Positions 45,571 through 56,226 of a stretch of DNA of 64,000 nucleotides are shown piece after piece. How positions within the stretch are numbered: the first letter of the stretch is position 1; every line of letters starts with the position of its first letter. The notes below the pieces were generated by a model. The model was not told the origin of the DNA. It worked only from the letters and a program-made list of their open reading frames with translations, and did no database searches. The DNA lies in contig JANRKS010000001.1 in NCBI GenBank assembly GCA_033763315.1, forward strand, positions 128,001-192,000. The letters are read 5' to 3'. Made by a program: the position numbers and the translations under genes. This stretch comes from Deltaproteobacteria bacterium (GTDB lineage: Bacteria; Myxococcota_A; Polyangia; Fen-1088).

Positions 45571-47790
45571 GTGAACGTGAATCCTTCGACGAGATTGGGC
45601 GCCTATGAGCTGCTCGAACGTATCGCTGTTGGCGGTATGGCGGAAGTTTACCGCGGCCGCGCCGTGGGCGAAGGCGGCTTTGAGAAGATGGTGGCCATCA
45701 AGCGGATTCTGCCGCACATGGCCCGCGACGATCGCTTCGTCAGCATGATGGTGCAAGAAGCACGCATCCAAGCGGGGCTTCACCACCGCAACATCGTTCA
45801 GATTCATGATCTGGGCGTGTCCGATGAAGGCGAGTACTTCATCGTTCTTGAATACGTCGATGGCCGCGACCTTGGCGCGCTGATGGAAGTGATGTCGAAG
45901 GCGCGCAAACAAGGCAGCCGCATCGGTGATGCCGTGGCCTTGCACATTGTCATCGAAGTGGGCGAGGGCCTGCAATGCGCGCACGAGTCCATGGACGCCA
46001 ACGGCCAATCTGCGGGATTGGTTCACCGAGATATCTCTCCATCCAACGTTCTTATCTCGTACGCGGGCGAGGTGAAACTTTCTGATTTTGGCTTGGCCAA
46101 ACGGCAAAACGATCAATCGGTTGTGGGATCGCTCAAAGGCAAGCTGGCTTATATGTCGCCCGAACAGGCGCGACGTTGGCCGCTTGATCACCGCACGGAT
46201 ATCTTCGCGCTCGGCGCTGTGTTGTTCGAGTTGCTCACCGGCCGCCGGCTGCGTGACATTGAAGACGAAACGGTGGGGTGGCCGCTGGTGGCCTCAGGCG
46301 TGATGACCTCGCCGCGCAGCGCCCGGCCCGACATTCCTGCGGTGCTGGAGCGGTTGCTCGAACGCGCGCTGGCGCCGGACGCCAAGGATCGTTTTGCCGA
46401 TGTGGCTTCGTTCGTGGCGGCCGCGCGCCAAGCGTTGGAACAACTGCCGCGCGCACGCAATGGCGAGGCGGCGGAGCTCCAGTCGGTGTTGCGGTCCGTT
46501 TTGCCGCCGGGCGCGCCGCGGCCCGAGCTGCCCGAAAGCCGCGTGATTCGTTTGCACTCGGCGTTTGCCGATCCAAGCGAACGACAAGTGGATATGGGTG
46601 CCACACGACCGGCGGTGCTCACCATGCGCAAGCGGTCAACGCCCCCTCCGCCTCCGCTGCCATCACCGGCTCCCCAGGCCGAGGTTTCCGTGCGCGCCTC
46701 GAAGCCCACGCTGCGGGGCACGCCGCCGGTGCCATTGGTTCCGCCGCCCACTCCGGTGCCCCCGCCGTCGCAGGCCCAAAGCTCCCCCTTGACCGCGTTT
46801 CCGCCGGCGCCGGCTCACGGCATCAATGGCAATGGCGCGCGGCTGACTCCGAACAGCGCCGCGGTGGCGCGTCCGCGTGCCGCCACGCCCAGCCATCTGC
46901 GCGTGCCAGCCGACGATCTTGTTCCCGTGGCTGGGGAGCTGGCCTCGCCTCCGCGTGCCGATCGGCCGGTGGTGTCCGCGCCACTGGCGGTGGCTTTGCC
47001 AGCGGCTTCGGCGCCTCGGCCCACCCTGCCGCCGCCACGCGCGCCTGGATTAACGGCACCGCTGGCCGTCGTTGAAGCGGCAAGCACCGCAGCACTGTCG
47101 CGCAATGGTGCGGTCACCGGCCTGGATCCGGCGTCCGTGACGCCACGGCTGGCGCCTGCGTCTTTCACATATCCCGGCGCCACGTTGCCGCCGTTGCTGA
47201 TCAAACCGGCGCGGCACCGTTGGGCAGGTGTGTTTGGGTTGGCCTGCGCGCTGTTGTTGGCCGTGCATTTTTTGGTGGTGCCGATTCAAGTGCTGCTTCG
47301 TTGGGGGCAGCCCGCCAAGCTTGTGGTGCAATCATTGCCAGAAGGCGTGCGCGTGGTGCTGGACGGCCACGAACTGCCGCGCACGACGCCCACATTCATC
47401 AACGTGCCTCGCGATCGAAAGCGGCACGTGTTGTTGTTCTCAAAGCAGGGCTACGAAACGGTGTCGCACGTGATGCGGTTCGATCGAGCGGTTCGGCTGA
47501 TGGTGAAAGCCACGTTGCCGCCCGTGGCAAAACGCAGCTTCGAGCCTTTGGCCCCTCCGAAAGTGAACGCTGCACCCGTGGCGGTTGAAGTCCCGCCACC
47601 GGCGCCCCCTGCGGCGGGTGGCGCCCCTGCGGCCGCGGATGCACTGGTTCCGGCGGCTGCGGCTGCCGTGGTCGCCGAAAAACCCGCGCCTCGCAAGCTG
47701 TCGTTGCGCCTAACGAACAAAGAACGCTTGGCCAAAGCGCGTGCGCGCGCACGCGCCAAGCAAGCCCGCGCCGCTCGACACACCCAATAG
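45571..47790 (+). CDS. membrane Ser/Thr protein kinase with Pro-rich linker and PEGA domain
   Basis: GGMAEVY, HRDISPSN, DFGLAK, KGKLAYMSPE; TM; VQSLPEGVRVVLDG. Confidence 0.93.
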   Translation: MNVNPSTRLGAYELLERIAVGGMAEVYRGRAVGEGGFEKMVAIKRILPHMARDDRFVSMMVQEARIQAGLHHRNIVQIHDLGVSDEGEYFIVLEYVDGRDLGALMEVMSKARKQGSRIGDAVALHIVIEVGEGLQCAHESMDANGQSAGLVHRDISPSNVLISYAGEVKLSDFGLAKRQNDQSVVGSLKGKLAYMSPEQARRWPLDHRTDIFALGAVLFELLTGRRLRDIEDETVGWPLVASGVMTSPRSARPDIPAVLERLLERALAPDAKDRFADVASFVAAARQALEQLPRARNGEAAELQSVLRSVLPPGAPRPELPESRVIRLHSAFADPSERQVDMGATRPAVLTMRKRSTPPPPPLPSPAPQAEVSVRASKPTLRGTPPVPLVPPPTPVPPPSQAQSSPLTAFPPAPAHGINGNGARLTPNSAAVARPRAATPSHLRVPADDLVPVAGELASPPRADRPVVSAPLAVALPAASAPRPTLPPPRAPGLTAPLAVVEAASTAALSRNGAVTGLDPASVTPRLAPASFTYPGATLPPLLIKPARHRWAGVFGLACALLLAVHFLVVPIQVLLRWGQPAKLVVQSLPEGVRVVLDGHELPRTTPTFINVPRDRKRHVLLFSKQGYETVSHVMRFDRAVRLMVKATLPPVAKRSFEPLAPPKVNAAPVAVEVPPPAPPAAGGAPAAADALVPAAAAAVVAEKPAPRKLSLRLTNKERLAKARARARAKQARAARHTQ

Positions 47791-47793
47791 CGT

Positions 47794-48249
47794 TCAACGG
47801 GCTGAGCGCGGCGGTTCATTTGCGGCCGCTGTCGTGGGTTTGTTGTCGCACCGGCACGGGCACGTGGTGTTTTGTGCACCCGGCAACGTTGCCGCTTCTG
47901 CATGTGGTGCCGTGCCTTGTGCCGTGGCGACGCTTGGGCCTGTGATGGTGAGGAACGGCCGCAAGCGCGCCAGCGTCTTCGTGCCGAAGCCCTTGACCCG
48001 CACCAATTCTGCGATCGTTCGAAAGGGCCTTCGGGCGCGGTGATCCACAATGCGTTTCGCTTTGCTTGGCCCCACACCCGGCAGCAAGCTGAGCTCATCC
48101 GCTGTCGCCGTGTTGAGGTTCACCAAGCCACTGAAGGGCGGGCTTGCATACCCAGTGGACGTGCACCAAGCGAGCGCCGCCATTGCAAACGCAAGCGCGA
48201 ATACATAACGTTTAAGTCGCAGCAAAGTCGATTGATTTTGTTTTTTCAT
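47794..48249 (-). CDS. comEA: ComEA-family helix-hairpin-helix DNA-binding protein
   Basis: VNLNTATADELSLLPGVGPSKAKRIV...F...ELVRVKGFG; signal peptide. Confidence 0.88.
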   Translation of the reverse strand: MKKQNQSTLLRLKRYVFALAFAMAALAWCTSTGYASPPFSGLVNLNTATADELSLLPGVGPSKAKRIVDHRARRPFRTIAELVRVKGFGTKTLARLRPFLTITGPSVATAQGTAPHAEAATLPGAQNTTCPCRCDNKPTTAAANEPPRSAR

Positions 48250-48360
48250 ACCCGCTTATCGGAGCCAGGCCGTACAAGTTGCTAACGAAGTTACGACTTG
48301 GTGTGCGAATCACTGCGGGTTTGGGCCCACGTGTGATGAGTTCTAGATTCGCTGGGGCGG

Positions 48361-50748
48361 ATGTGTTGTTATGGGACCCTTGTGTCGTCGCGAGCGGTGC
48401 TGTTTTTAGTTCGTGGCTGGCGGTCTGCTGCCATTTTTTTATTGGCGTTGGCGGCTGCGGTTTGGCTTCACCATGTGTTTGCCGCCGTTGTTCCCAGCGC
48501 CTCATGGCTGGCGTGGGACTTGTTGCGGTTGTGGGCGTGGCAGCTCGTGTTAAGCGCCGCGTGTGTCAGCGCTGGCGTGGCGGTGTTGGCGTGGGCCGAT
48601 GCAAAAGAAGGCGCCTCATGGGAGGTCATGGCCTTGGGCTTCCCGATCGGGCTGGTCATATTCTCCGTGGGCTTTTATCTGCTTGGATACGTGCGCGGGT
48701 TTGTGCCATGGGTGGCGGTGGCGTGGCCTGTGTTGCTGATCGTGTGTGGCGCGCGGTCGCTGTGGTTACAACTGCGGGCCCCACAGCCTGAACAAGCCGC
48801 TGCGCTAACGCGCGCTTTATCGCTGCAGCTTGTGATGTGGCTGTGCGGGGGCATGGGCGTGGGCTTGGCGTACCTAGGCGTGTTGTCTCCCGACAGCATC
48901 AACTACGACGCGGCGTGGATGCATCTTGTGATCGCGCAAGACTACGCGCGTGCAGGCCGCGTGATCCCCTTCTATGGCGATTGGGTTAAAAGCGTTCCGC
49001 ATCTCGCAAGCGTGTTGCACACGTGGGATTTCGTTGTGCCCGGCCTCGGCCAGGCAAAGCCACTGCGCTGGATGATGTCGCTGCACACCGAGTTCACGGT
49101 GTTCGTATGGACGCTGGTGGGCATCGCGGCGGCCGTAAACATGGTTGTGGGCCGTGTGGTTCGTGGGGCGTGGACGGCCATGTTCTTGTTCCCTGCGATC
49201 TTGGCGTACGACAGCAACATGGGCGGCGCGGCCGATCACATTTTGGCGGTTTTCGCTGTGCCTTTGGTGTGGTTCGGCATGCTCGTGGCGAAACGCTTTG
49301 CCTGGAGGTTGTGCGCGGTGTGGGGCTGCGTGGCGGGTGGGGCTTTGCTGGTGAAGTTGCAAGCCGTGTATGTGATCGCGCCGGTGGCGTCGTATCTGTG
49401 CGTATGCTGGCTTGTGCATGTGTGGCGATTGTGGCGCGGGGGCGCCTTGCGCGCGCGCGTGGTCGCAGCGTTGTTTGTTCGGCTTGCCACCATGCCTGTG
49501 CTGGCCATGGTTGTGTTCGCCGTTCACGCGTTGCCCAATTGGCTTGTGCACCACAATCCGCTTTACCCATTGGCGCAGGACATTTTCGTTCACAGCCGGC
49601 CGCGCGTGGCGGGCGCCGTCACACAAGTGAAATATTTGTTTGGCGACTGGCAAGCGCATCCGCCGGCTGAGCTCGGCACGCGACTCATTGAAGCGGTTAA
49701 ACTTTTGTGGTCGTTCTCGTTTACGCCGCACTATTCGTTTCAAAAGAACGTTCCCATCACCGGTTCACTGTTCACCCTGTGTTTGCCCTTCTTGTTGTTC
49801 GTTCGCGCGAATCGTCGGGTGTGGTCGCTGGCGGGGTTCGCTTTGGCAGCGGTGTTTGCGTGGGCGATGACCTACTGGGTTGATCGCAATTTGCAGGTGT
49901 TCATGCCCTTGCTGGTGGTGGTTACGGCCGTGTTGTTGTGTTTGGCGTGGCAAACGGGGCGGGTGGCCAAAGCGGGTGTGGTGGTGTTGGTGGCGATGCA
50001 GCTTGTGGCGGCGGGCGACGTTTGGTTCAGCGGCATGGATCGCATCCACGGCGCCATCACTTTGATTCGCAGCTCCGCCGAAGCGCGGGCTGACCGCCGC
50101 TATGCAACCTACCGCGCGCCATACATCACGTTGGGCGAAGCGCTGCCGCCCAAAGCCGTGGTGTTGTTGCACAACGAGCACGGCTCGCTCGGCATTGATC
50201 GCAAGGTGCTGATCGACTGGGCCGGCTTTCAAGGTCTGATCGACTACCGCACCATGAACAGCGTGCGCGACTTATGGAACACCTATAGGCGCCTCGGTGT
50301 GACGCACGTGGTGTTTGGTCCCACGCTGCACGCGGCACCTAGCAAGCAAGAAGAGGTTCTGTTCGCCGTCTTCTCGCGCCTGTTTGGCGCGGATACGAAA
50401 TACTACGGCGGCCTGCAAATGTTTCCTTTGCCGCCGAACCCGCCCTCGGCGCAAGCTCTCAAGGTGGGCGTCCTGGCGGTGGGTGGCGTGCCCGACGGCG
50501 TTTACGATGTGCGTGAACTTGGCCACCTCGACGCGCTGCCCCCGCAATTCTGGGTGCCGCCCCAGCCCCTGCTCGCCACCGCGGATCCGGCGCCTGTGCT
50601 TGCCCAATCGGATGCGGTCATCGTGGGCAACAATGTGTCTGCCGAACTGAACGTTAAGCTGGCAGATGCCTGGCAAGCCCTGGTGTATACGCCGGGCTAC
50701 CGGGTTTTTGCGCGGCGGAGCTTGGCAGCGGCGCGGCCTGGACCCTAG
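48361..50748 (+). CDS. polytopic membrane protein, GT-C (ArnT/PMT-like) glycosyltransferase candidate
   Basis: Many TMs; NYDAAWMHL loop after the early TMs; NPLYP motif; soluble C-terminal domain. Start uncertain. Confidence 0.65.
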   Translation: MCCYGTLVSSRAVLFLVRGWRSAAIFLLALAAAVWLHHVFAAVVPSASWLAWDLLRLWAWQLVLSAACVSAGVAVLAWADAKEGASWEVMALGFPIGLVIFSVGFYLLGYVRGFVPWVAVAWPVLLIVCGARSLWLQLRAPQPEQAAALTRALSLQLVMWLCGGMGVGLAYLGVLSPDSINYDAAWMHLVIAQDYARAGRVIPFYGDWVKSVPHLASVLHTWDFVVPGLGQAKPLRWMMSLHTEFTVFVWTLVGIAAAVNMVVGRVVRGAWTAMFLFPAILAYDSNMGGAADHILAVFAVPLVWFGMLVAKRFAWRLCAVWGCVAGGALLVKLQAVYVIAPVASYLCVCWLVHVWRLWRGGALRARVVAALFVRLATMPVLAMVVFAVHALPNWLVHHNPLYPLAQDIFVHSRPRVAGAVTQVKYLFGDWQAHPPAELGTRLIEAVKLLWSFSFTPHYSFQKNVPITGSLFTLCLPFLLFVRANRRVWSLAGFALAAVFAWAMTYWVDRNLQVFMPLLVVVTAVLLCLAWQTGRVAKAGVVVLVAMQLVAAGDVWFSGMDRIHGAITLIRSSAEARADRRYATYRAPYITLGEALPPKAVVLLHNEHGSLGIDRKVLIDWAGFQGLIDYRTMNSVRDLWNTYRRLGVTHVVFGPTLHAAPSKQEEVLFAVFSRLFGADTKYYGGLQMFPLPPNPPSAQALKVGVLAVGGVPDGVYDVRELGHLDALPPQFWVPPQPLLATADPAPVLAQSDAVIVGNNVSAELNVKLADAWQALVYTPGYRVFARRSLAAARPGP

Positions 50749-50818
50749 CGGGCGCGCACCGACGCGAATGTTTGAGCCGTTTGGTGGGTCTGCCGACAGT
50801 TGATAGGTAGGTCCGCCC

Positions 50819-51397
50819 TTGGCGTCTCAACGCAATATTCCGTCCCACTTGTCGCTGGTGAAACCACATGCGGCTTCGCAAGCTCCGTTGCCTCAAGGCC
50901 CCGTGACGTTGGATTCCCTTTATCGGCAACATGCGGCCTTCGTCGCACGGCTGGCGCTGCGCCTGTTGGGGCGGGAAGCGGATGTGGATGATGTGGTGCA
51001 CGACGTGTTCATTGATCTCTCGCGCCAATTGGCGACGCTTGAAAATCCCGAAGAGCTGCGCGGTTGGCTGACCACGGTCACGGTGCGCGCCAGCCGTCGG
51101 CGCTTGCGTCGCGCACGGCTACGCTTCTGTGTGGGGTTGGACACGGTCACCGATTACGAAGCCTTGGTGGCAGATACGGCGTCGCCCGAACAAACGGCAT
51201 TCTTGAAAAACGTCTATCACCTGATGAACAAACTTCCCGCAGATCAGCGCTTGGCGTGGACCTTGCGGCACATCGAAGGCGAGACGTTAGAGACGGTGGC
51301 GTTGCGGTGTGAGATGTCTTTGGCAACAGCAAAACGTAAAATTGCCTCCGCAAACGAGCGGTTGCGGAAGGGGTTGGCGGCATGGATCGATTCTTAG
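50819..51397 (+). CDS. ECF sigma-70 factor
   Basis: LYRQHAAFV...DVDDVVHDVF...RGWL; region 4 LRHIEGETLETVA...TAKRKI. Confidence 0.92.
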   Translation: MASQRNIPSHLSLVKPHAASQAPLPQGPVTLDSLYRQHAAFVARLALRLLGREADVDDVVHDVFIDLSRQLATLENPEELRGWLTTVTVRASRRRLRRARLRFCVGLDTVTDYEALVADTASPEQTAFLKNVYHLMNKLPADQRLAWTLRHIEGETLETVALRCEMSLATAKRKIASANERLRKGLAAWIDS

Positions 51398-52494
51398 ACA
51401 AACTAAAGGATGCCAAACAGCATCTCGCCGAGCCTGCATGGAATGAGGCGCGCGCGCGTGCTGTGTTGCTGCGGGTTAAGCAGGCACGAGCGCCGCGCTT
51501 GAAAGCCGCGCGTTGGCTGCCGTTCGTGATGGCCCCGGCTGTGGCGGCTGTGTTGGTGTGGCTTGCCTTTGTGGCCAAGGGTCCTGCGATGCCAACCACG
51601 TTGGTGATGCACGATGGATCACGCGCGCTGCCGCTGACGCCGCTCACGCGCTTACACCTGGTGGGTGACGAGGCCAGCAGCGCTTTGCTTGATCTTGAAG
51701 AAGGCCACGGCCGTTTTGAAGTTGTTCCCAACCGGGCCCGCCGCTTTCGGGTGGTTGCGGGCGCCTATTCTGTGGAGGCCTTGGGCACCGTGTTTACTGT
51801 GAACCGATTGCCAGCGGGCGGCGTTCACGTCGCCGTCTTGATCGGCCACGTCATGGTGCGCTGGCCAGGCGGCGCGCATGAACTTTGGCAGGGGCAAGAG
51901 CAGCGGTTCCCGTTGGCTTTGGCACCTGTGGCTGCGGCTGCGCCAACCCCGGCGCGCTTGGAGCAAACAACGGAATCACCTTCGCTTCCCGAACCGACGC
52001 CGCGTGCACACAAAGCCACACCGACGACGTCTCACGTGGTCGATTGGCGACAACTGGCGCGGCAAAAGTCTTTCACCCGTGCTTTTGAAGCCATGCGCGC
52101 CTCTGGCGTTCAGGCGGTTCGCGATGTGCCTCAGGAGTTGCTGCTGGCCGCTGACGTCGCTCGGCGCGCGGGGCATCCTGAAGTTGCCAGCGCGCACCTT
52201 ACGCGCATCTTGCAAGCCCACAGAAGCGATCCGCGTGCGTCGGTGGCCGCCTTCACGCTGGGGCGCGTGTACGCACAACAGGGTCAGTCCCTTGCGGCTG
52301 CCGAGACGTTTGAGAGTGCCTTCGCTTTGGAACCCAAGGGCGCTTTGGCCGAAGACGCCCTCGCGCGCGCCGCCTTCGCCTGGAAAGCCAGCGGCAATCA
52401 AGCGCGGCTGCGTGCGGCCGTCGCGAGTTATCTGCAACATTTCCCGAAGGGGCATCAGGCGGAGGCGCTTGGACGTCTGGTGTCGGTGCCTTAA
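51382..52494 (+). CDS. FecR-domain anti-sigma factor with C-terminal TPR
   Basis: TM; LEEGHGRFEV...VEALGTVFTV; C-terminal YLQHFPKG. Confidence 0.88.
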   Translation: MDRFLDKLKDAKQHLAEPAWNEARARAVLLRVKQARAPRLKAARWLPFVMAPAVAAVLVWLAFVAKGPAMPTTLVMHDGSRALPLTPLTRLHLVGDEASSALLDLEEGHGRFEVVPNRARRFRVVAGAYSVEALGTVFTVNRLPAGGVHVAVLIGHVMVRWPGGAHELWQGQEQRFPLALAPVAAAAPTPARLEQTTESPSLPEPTPRAHKATPTTSHVVDWRQLARQKSFTRAFEAMRASGVQAVRDVPQELLLAADVARRAGHPEVASAHLTRILQAHRSDPRASVAAFTLGRVYAQQGQSLAAAETFESAFALEPKGALAEDALARAAFAWKASGNQARLRAAVASYLQHFPKGHQAEALGRLVSVP

Positions 52495-52509
52495 TCTAAA
52501 TGTATAGGT

Positions 52510-53481
52510 ATGGCGTGCGGACGGTTCGCTTGCGTGGCGGTGGGGGTGCTGTGTGGTCTCGCGTTCGGTGTCCTGTCACAGGCGCGTGCGGCCACCGCCC
52601 CTCGCGGCCGCGTTGTGCTTCACGTTGATCCATGTTTCGCAACGAACGAGGCCAGCGTTGCGTCAATCCTTTCGGTGGAGATCGGCCAACCCGTCAAGCG
52701 CGTTGACGCTGGTGTGGCAGAAGCGGCGGCACATGAGCCCTCAACCGTCGTGGTTCGCGTGACCTGTGAAGGCCCAGGTCTGATCCATGTGCAGGCACAA
52801 GGTGCAATCGCTGGCCGTCGTCGCGTGGACCTTGTGGCCGTTGACGCGCGGGTGCGTGCTCGCGTGGTGGCCCTGGCGGTGGCGGAATTTTTCGAGCCAG
52901 CACCAGTGGCACCACCGCCCCCCGCGCGGCCCACGCCTGCCGCTGCCGTTGTGGCCCCAAACGTGACGCCGATGCCAACCACGCGCGTGCTGCTCGCTCA
53001 CGCCAGCGCGCGCCGATTTTTGCAGAGCGAGCACACAAGTTATGGCGGTGGGCTTGGCTTGTGGGTCTCGCACAAGGCTTGGTTTGCCACGTGGACAGAC
53101 GTCGCGGCTGAGCAAGGCCGCGCCCAACGCGCAGCAGGCGCCGTGTTGTTGCGATCCATATCGGTGCGCGCCGGTGCCTCTTGGCAGCGATCGTTTTCGC
53201 ACGTAGGTGTCGCCCTGGGTGCGGGTGGCGTTGTAGGCTTTGTGCGCGCCGAAGGGGAGCCGCGCGATGCCACGGCCACGCCGGCCACCGTATCGGGTGC
53301 GTGGGCGGCCGGATTGGCGCGTGCAGATCTGTTCTACGATCTGGGCCGCGCGCGCCTGCAAGCTTTCGCCGAGGGTGGCCACACCTTGCTCACAATTCGG
53401 GGGCGTTTCGATGCCATCGACCAAGATCTCTGGCGCAACCCATGGGTGAGTGTGGGCCTCGCAGGAGGGTGGCGGTTTTGA
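52510..53481 (+). CDS. exported hypothetical protein with possible C-terminal beta-barrel
   Basis: Signal peptide; Pro linker; amphipathic strands ending in GWRF. Confidence 0.7.
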   Translation: MACGRFACVAVGVLCGLAFGVLSQARAATAPRGRVVLHVDPCFATNEASVASILSVEIGQPVKRVDAGVAEAAAHEPSTVVVRVTCEGPGLIHVQAQGAIAGRRRVDLVAVDARVRARVVALAVAEFFEPAPVAPPPPARPTPAAAVVAPNVTPMPTTRVLLAHASARRFLQSEHTSYGGGLGLWVSHKAWFATWTDVAAEQGRAQRAAGAVLLRSISVRAGASWQRSFSHVGVALGAGGVVGFVRAEGEPRDATATPATVSGAWAAGLARADLFYDLGRARLQAFAEGGHTLLTIRGRFDAIDQDLWRNPWVSVGLAGGWRF

Positions 53482-54548
53482 AGCTTCTGCCATCCGCTTG
53501 CTTGGCGCTCATTCTGATCGCTTGCACGTCGAGCGATGGTGAAGTGTTCCGTTCACCCGCAGGATCACCGGGCCTACCATGCGTGCAAGCGCCATTTGTT
53601 GTTCAACAGACCGCCGCGGCGGCCTTTGCGGTGACTGCCACCAGCGATGGCGCGCTCGTCGTGGCCCAGGTTGGCGAAGACGCACGCTTGTTTCGCGTGC
53701 GGCAGCCATCGAACAAGCCCACGGTGTCAGCCTTCGTTGTTGGCCGATCCGGCTACACATACAGCGTGGCACCGTCCGAAGGCGCGGGCCCTTTGTGGAT
53801 GGTGTTTCAGAACCACAGCTTGGCTGGGCAATGGCGCGTTTATGCAGCGGCGTGGAACGAGACGACAGGCCTAAACGAAATGTTGACAACGCTTTCGAAT
53901 GATGGCGCCGAGAACATCGGCCCGAAAGCGGCGTGGCTTGGCAGCCGGTTGGGTGTGGCCTTTCGTCAAGATGCGCAGCTTACGTTTGTGGTAACTGACG
54001 GAACATCCATTGTCGGCCGTGATCTCGGTGCGGATCTGTCGCCACCGCCGGTCATCACGCGCGTGTTGACGAGGCCACAGGGTTTCATCGTGGCTTATAA
54101 ACGCACCAACGCCGCGCTTGCCTATTTTGATACCGAAGGCAAGCCGTCGGGCGGCGTTGAACTGCCCTCACCTACGTCTGACGTCACTATGGTTGGCGCC
54201 GCTTTGGTGGCGATCAGTGCGAATGCAAGCGGCCTTGATCGCGTGACGTTGGACAGCAACGGCGTGGCGGCCGTCACGCCTTTGAACGTTGAGGCCAATG
54301 CAAATGTGCTGCGCGTGGCCACGCAGTCCAACCACGTAGCCGTCGCCTATCTGGAGAGCGCAGGCACAGCTGCCGCGCGCTTGCGGTTCTTGTGGAACCA
54401 AGGTGAAAGCAGTTTGGCGTATCCTGCCTTGGTGGTGCCAAACGCGGTTGACGTCGACGTGGTGCCAACCACACAAGGGGCGTTGGTGTTCTATAGAACA
54501 GACGCTGCGGTGATGGCTCGGTTTTATTGTTCGGCGACCATGCCTTAG
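53478..54548 (+). CDS. hypothetical lipoprotein
   Basis: TTG start overlapping the previous stop; MKLLPSACLALILIAC lipobox. Confidence 0.7.
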   Translation: MKLLPSACLALILIACTSSDGEVFRSPAGSPGLPCVQAPFVVQQTAAAAFAVTATSDGALVVAQVGEDARLFRVRQPSNKPTVSAFVVGRSGYTYSVAPSEGAGPLWMVFQNHSLAGQWRVYAAAWNETTGLNEMLTTLSNDGAENIGPKAAWLGSRLGVAFRQDAQLTFVVTDGTSIVGRDLGADLSPPPVITRVLTRPQGFIVAYKRTNAALAYFDTEGKPSGGVELPSPTSDVTMVGAALVAISANASGLDRVTLDSNGVAAVTPLNVEANANVLRVATQSNHVAVAYLESAGTAAARLRFLWNQGESSLAYPALVVPNAVDVDVVPTTQGALVFYRTDAAVMARFYCSATMP

Positions 54549-54609
54549 TTTCTTTCGTGTGGCCCGCTTTTTTTTGAGCCGGTTGACCGCACACGCGACA
54601 GAGGCTTGT

Positions 54610-56211
54610 ATGACCCTTTGTATAAGGTGTGCAGCGCTGCCTTTGGTGTTGTTGGTTGCGGGGGCCTGCTCTGGCTCTATCGGTGGCGGCGGCTCAAACG
54701 CGGGTTCTGAAGATCCGGGCGGCGGCAATGGCGGCAACGCGGCCAGCGTGGACGAACCCACCGAGGCGCCCGAGGCCTCGTCTTTGTGTGCGGTGATGCC
54801 TCAGCGGCTGTGGCGTTTAACGCCGATGCAGCTTGAGCGAACGTATGCCGCCTTGCTGGGCGGCGATGCGGTCACCCCCGGCTTGGGCAAAGAGTTGTCT
54901 GGCTTCGTGCCAAAGGGTGCGTCGTTCTACAGCAACAACGAACCCATCTTGTCCGTGTCACCAGCTTTTTACGAACAGCTCTACAACGCGGTGGGCACGA
55001 TGGTGGAGCCGCTGAGCAAAACGCCCACAAAACTTGCGGGATGTTTCGCAGATGGTGTCGGTGAACCCTGCGTGAAGGCAACCGTCGCCGATCTGGGCCT
55101 GCGTGCTTTGCGGCGGCCCCTATCCGACGCCGAAGTGCAAACCTATGCTGACTTCTTCACCGGTTTGACCGGCAAAACCGACAAGACCACGGCCCTGGCA
55201 CGGACGCTGCAACGTTTGCTTATGCACCCAGAGGTTTTGTTTCGTTCTGAAGTTGGTGTGAAAGCCGACAAGCTCTACGCGCTCACTGACCTTGAGGTTG
55301 CCACCGCGGTGTCATACACGTTGTCGGGCGCCCCTGCGCAAGGCGCATTGTGGGAGGACGCCAAGACCAAGCGTTTAAACAACAAAGCGGTCACGCAACA
55401 CGCCCAACGCCTGTTGGCCGATCCCGCGTTGGTGCCTGAATTCTTCACGTTCTTGTTCGATTACCTGAAGGTGGAACTATCGTCCGCCGACGCCAAGGCT
55501 GCGCTCAAAGATTTCATCGTGGAAACCGTGTGGAAGGACGCGGGCGACTTCAAGACGCTGATGACTGCGCCTTACACATTTGCCGCGGGAAAGAAGACCA
55601 CGACAACGGAACCGCGGGCCGGCATTCTCACCACCAACGCCGTGCTGACGGTGGAGCGCAACCGCAGCGCCCGCGGCAAATTTATTCGCGAGCACTTCTT
55701 CTGTGAAGATCCCGTGTCGGTGCCGCTCGACGTGAACACCGACATCAATGCCCGCCGGGCCGAGCTTGAACAGGCCGCGGGGCGCACCTTGACGGACGAG
55801 GAGCTGCGCACGCGCCATGTCAGTGATCCCACGTGTGCGCCATGCCATTCCTTGATTGATCCCATCGCGCAGCCTCTGCATGTGTTTGATGATATGGGCC
55901 GTTACCGCACCTCTACCGCATCGGGAGCCATCGTCACCAAAGGCAAGATCACGGGCACCTTGATGACCGATGGAGACATCGCGGATGCACCGGATCTCGC
56001 CGCAAAGCTTGCGAATTCCGGCGAAGTGAGGCGGTGCTTTGTGCAGCAGACGTTGCAATTCGTCCGCGGCCGCCCTGCCACCCCAGAGGAAGAGTGTGTG
56101 GTCGATGTGTTTGTCAACAAGTTCGAGAAGAGCGGCGGCAACATTCGTCAGTTGCTCATCGACATCATCGGCTCTGACAATTTTCGTTTCCGCAGTGTCA
56201 ACGCACTTTAG
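54610..56211 (+). CDS. DUF1592/DUF1595/DUF1588/DUF1585-type lipoprotein
   Basis: RLWRLT, RALRRPL, PEVLFRSE, RAGILT, RGKFIREHFFC, CAPCH, DDMGRYR. Confidence 0.88.
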   Translation: MTLCIRCAALPLVLLVAGACSGSIGGGGSNAGSEDPGGGNGGNAASVDEPTEAPEASSLCAVMPQRLWRLTPMQLERTYAALLGGDAVTPGLGKELSGFVPKGASFYSNNEPILSVSPAFYEQLYNAVGTMVEPLSKTPTKLAGCFADGVGEPCVKATVADLGLRALRRPLSDAEVQTYADFFTGLTGKTDKTTALARTLQRLLMHPEVLFRSEVGVKADKLYALTDLEVATAVSYTLSGAPAQGALWEDAKTKRLNNKAVTQHAQRLLADPALVPEFFTFLFDYLKVELSSADAKAALKDFIVETVWKDAGDFKTLMTAPYTFAAGKKTTTTEPRAGILTTNAVLTVERNRSARGKFIREHFFCEDPVSVPLDVNTDINARRAELEQAAGRTLTDEELRTRHVSDPTCAPCHSLIDPIAQPLHVFDDMGRYRTSTASGAIVTKGKITGTLMTDGDIADAPDLAAKLANSGEVRRCFVQQTLQFVRGRPATPEEECVVDVFVNKFEKSGGNIRQLLIDIIGSDNFRFRSVNAL

Positions 56212-56226
56212 ATCGAGACAAAAAAC

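Noticed and set aside
21021-47790. HRDISPSN kinases as pseudokinases
   Set aside because: The Lys-to-Ser change in the catalytic loop is common in myxobacterial kinases, and the VAIK-type Lys, HRD and DFG motifs are intact.
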